This document shows positions 63,301 through 64,000 of a stretch of DNA of 64,000 nt, piece after piece. The stretch's first letter is position 1, and the number at the start of each line of letters is the position of its first letter. The stretch is taken from the NCBI GenBank assembly GCA_973851085.1, contig OZ316775.1:496001-560000 (forward strand). Direction: 5' to 3'. The position numbers and the translations under genes were made by a program. This DNA is from Ptychomitrium polyphyllum. Its lineage: Eukaryota. The notes below the pieces were generated by a model. It searched no databases, had not been told where the DNA came from, and saw only the letters and a program-made list of their open reading frames with translations.

Positions 63301-64000
63301 TTAAATCTGTCATTAAAGCAGCTAATCCCAAAAATGATAGTTTATGTTAAGATTCTATACTAGTCATGATGGTTTGAATTAGCCATTAACAACAACCGCC
63401 TACTCAAACCAATTATTCATTCTCTCCACTGCCACTCCAATCCTAATAGTATACAACTCCTCCTTAGTAGTCCTTAACCATTCCTTCATCAGTAGTCCCT
63501 AGCCGTTTCTTAAAAATTATTGGATCTGTGACTAAAGCAAAAGAGGGTTAGGGAGTCCAACAAGAACCCAAACATTTAGTTCCTTACAAGCGCGTTCTTC
63601 TTCAAGGTATCTTTTTTCAAAAAAATGTCACCTCTATGTTGGATAGAAATATTTTTTTTCTATCAATACTGACCGACCTAGTTACCAAACCTAATTAGTG
63701 GGCTTGGCTCACTACTATATACAATAATCTTGCCACTGAACTTCTTAAAATTGAAAAGAGCACATCTCTTTATGCATTCCTGCCAAGATTTGGCACAAAT
63801 TCATTTTTTTTTATAGATACCACCTCTCAATCCAATTTTCGAACAATACTGCATCTATCAAACCTTGTTTTCAACCACCCAAAACATCGACTACCACTCC
63901 TACCGATATAGGACCATCTCAAATGCAAATTCAAACCCAAACCACACATGCCTCAGCGCCAAACAAGCCCGGGAGTCCCTTGAGGATCTAGTATAGAAAT

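Overview
Gene-dense eukaryotic nuclear DNA with spliceosomal GT-AG introns. Gene content and style point to a land plant, most likely a moss (inference). I rebuilt these spliced genes by hand: the 5' end of a Rubisco-LSMT-type SET methyltransferase (-), a PUX10-like UBA/UAS/UBX protein (+), a trihelix-NMNAT chimera (+), a full PIEZO channel (-), a nodulin-like/NFD4-type MFS transporter (+), a small mL80-like mitochondrial protein (-), an intronless SIP1/ASIL-type trihelix factor (+), an SMP-domain LEA-like protein (-), mitochondrial 3-hydroxyisobutyrate dehydrogenase (+) and a CTL1/SLC44 choline-transporter-like gene (-). Also present are a decayed Ty3/Gypsy integrase, two very AT-rich blocks and up to three decayed coding-like regions, one resembling EIN2/NRAMP. 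The best candidate for an undescribed system is 8177-11586: a trihelix (Myb/SANT-like) DNA-binding domain spliced in frame to a complete NAD+-synthesising NMNAT (predicted 512 aa). It is architecturally analogous to bacterial NadR and lies about 600 bp downstream of a tandem array of GGTAAA (GT-element-like) motifs. All homology calls come from remembered motifs, not database searches.
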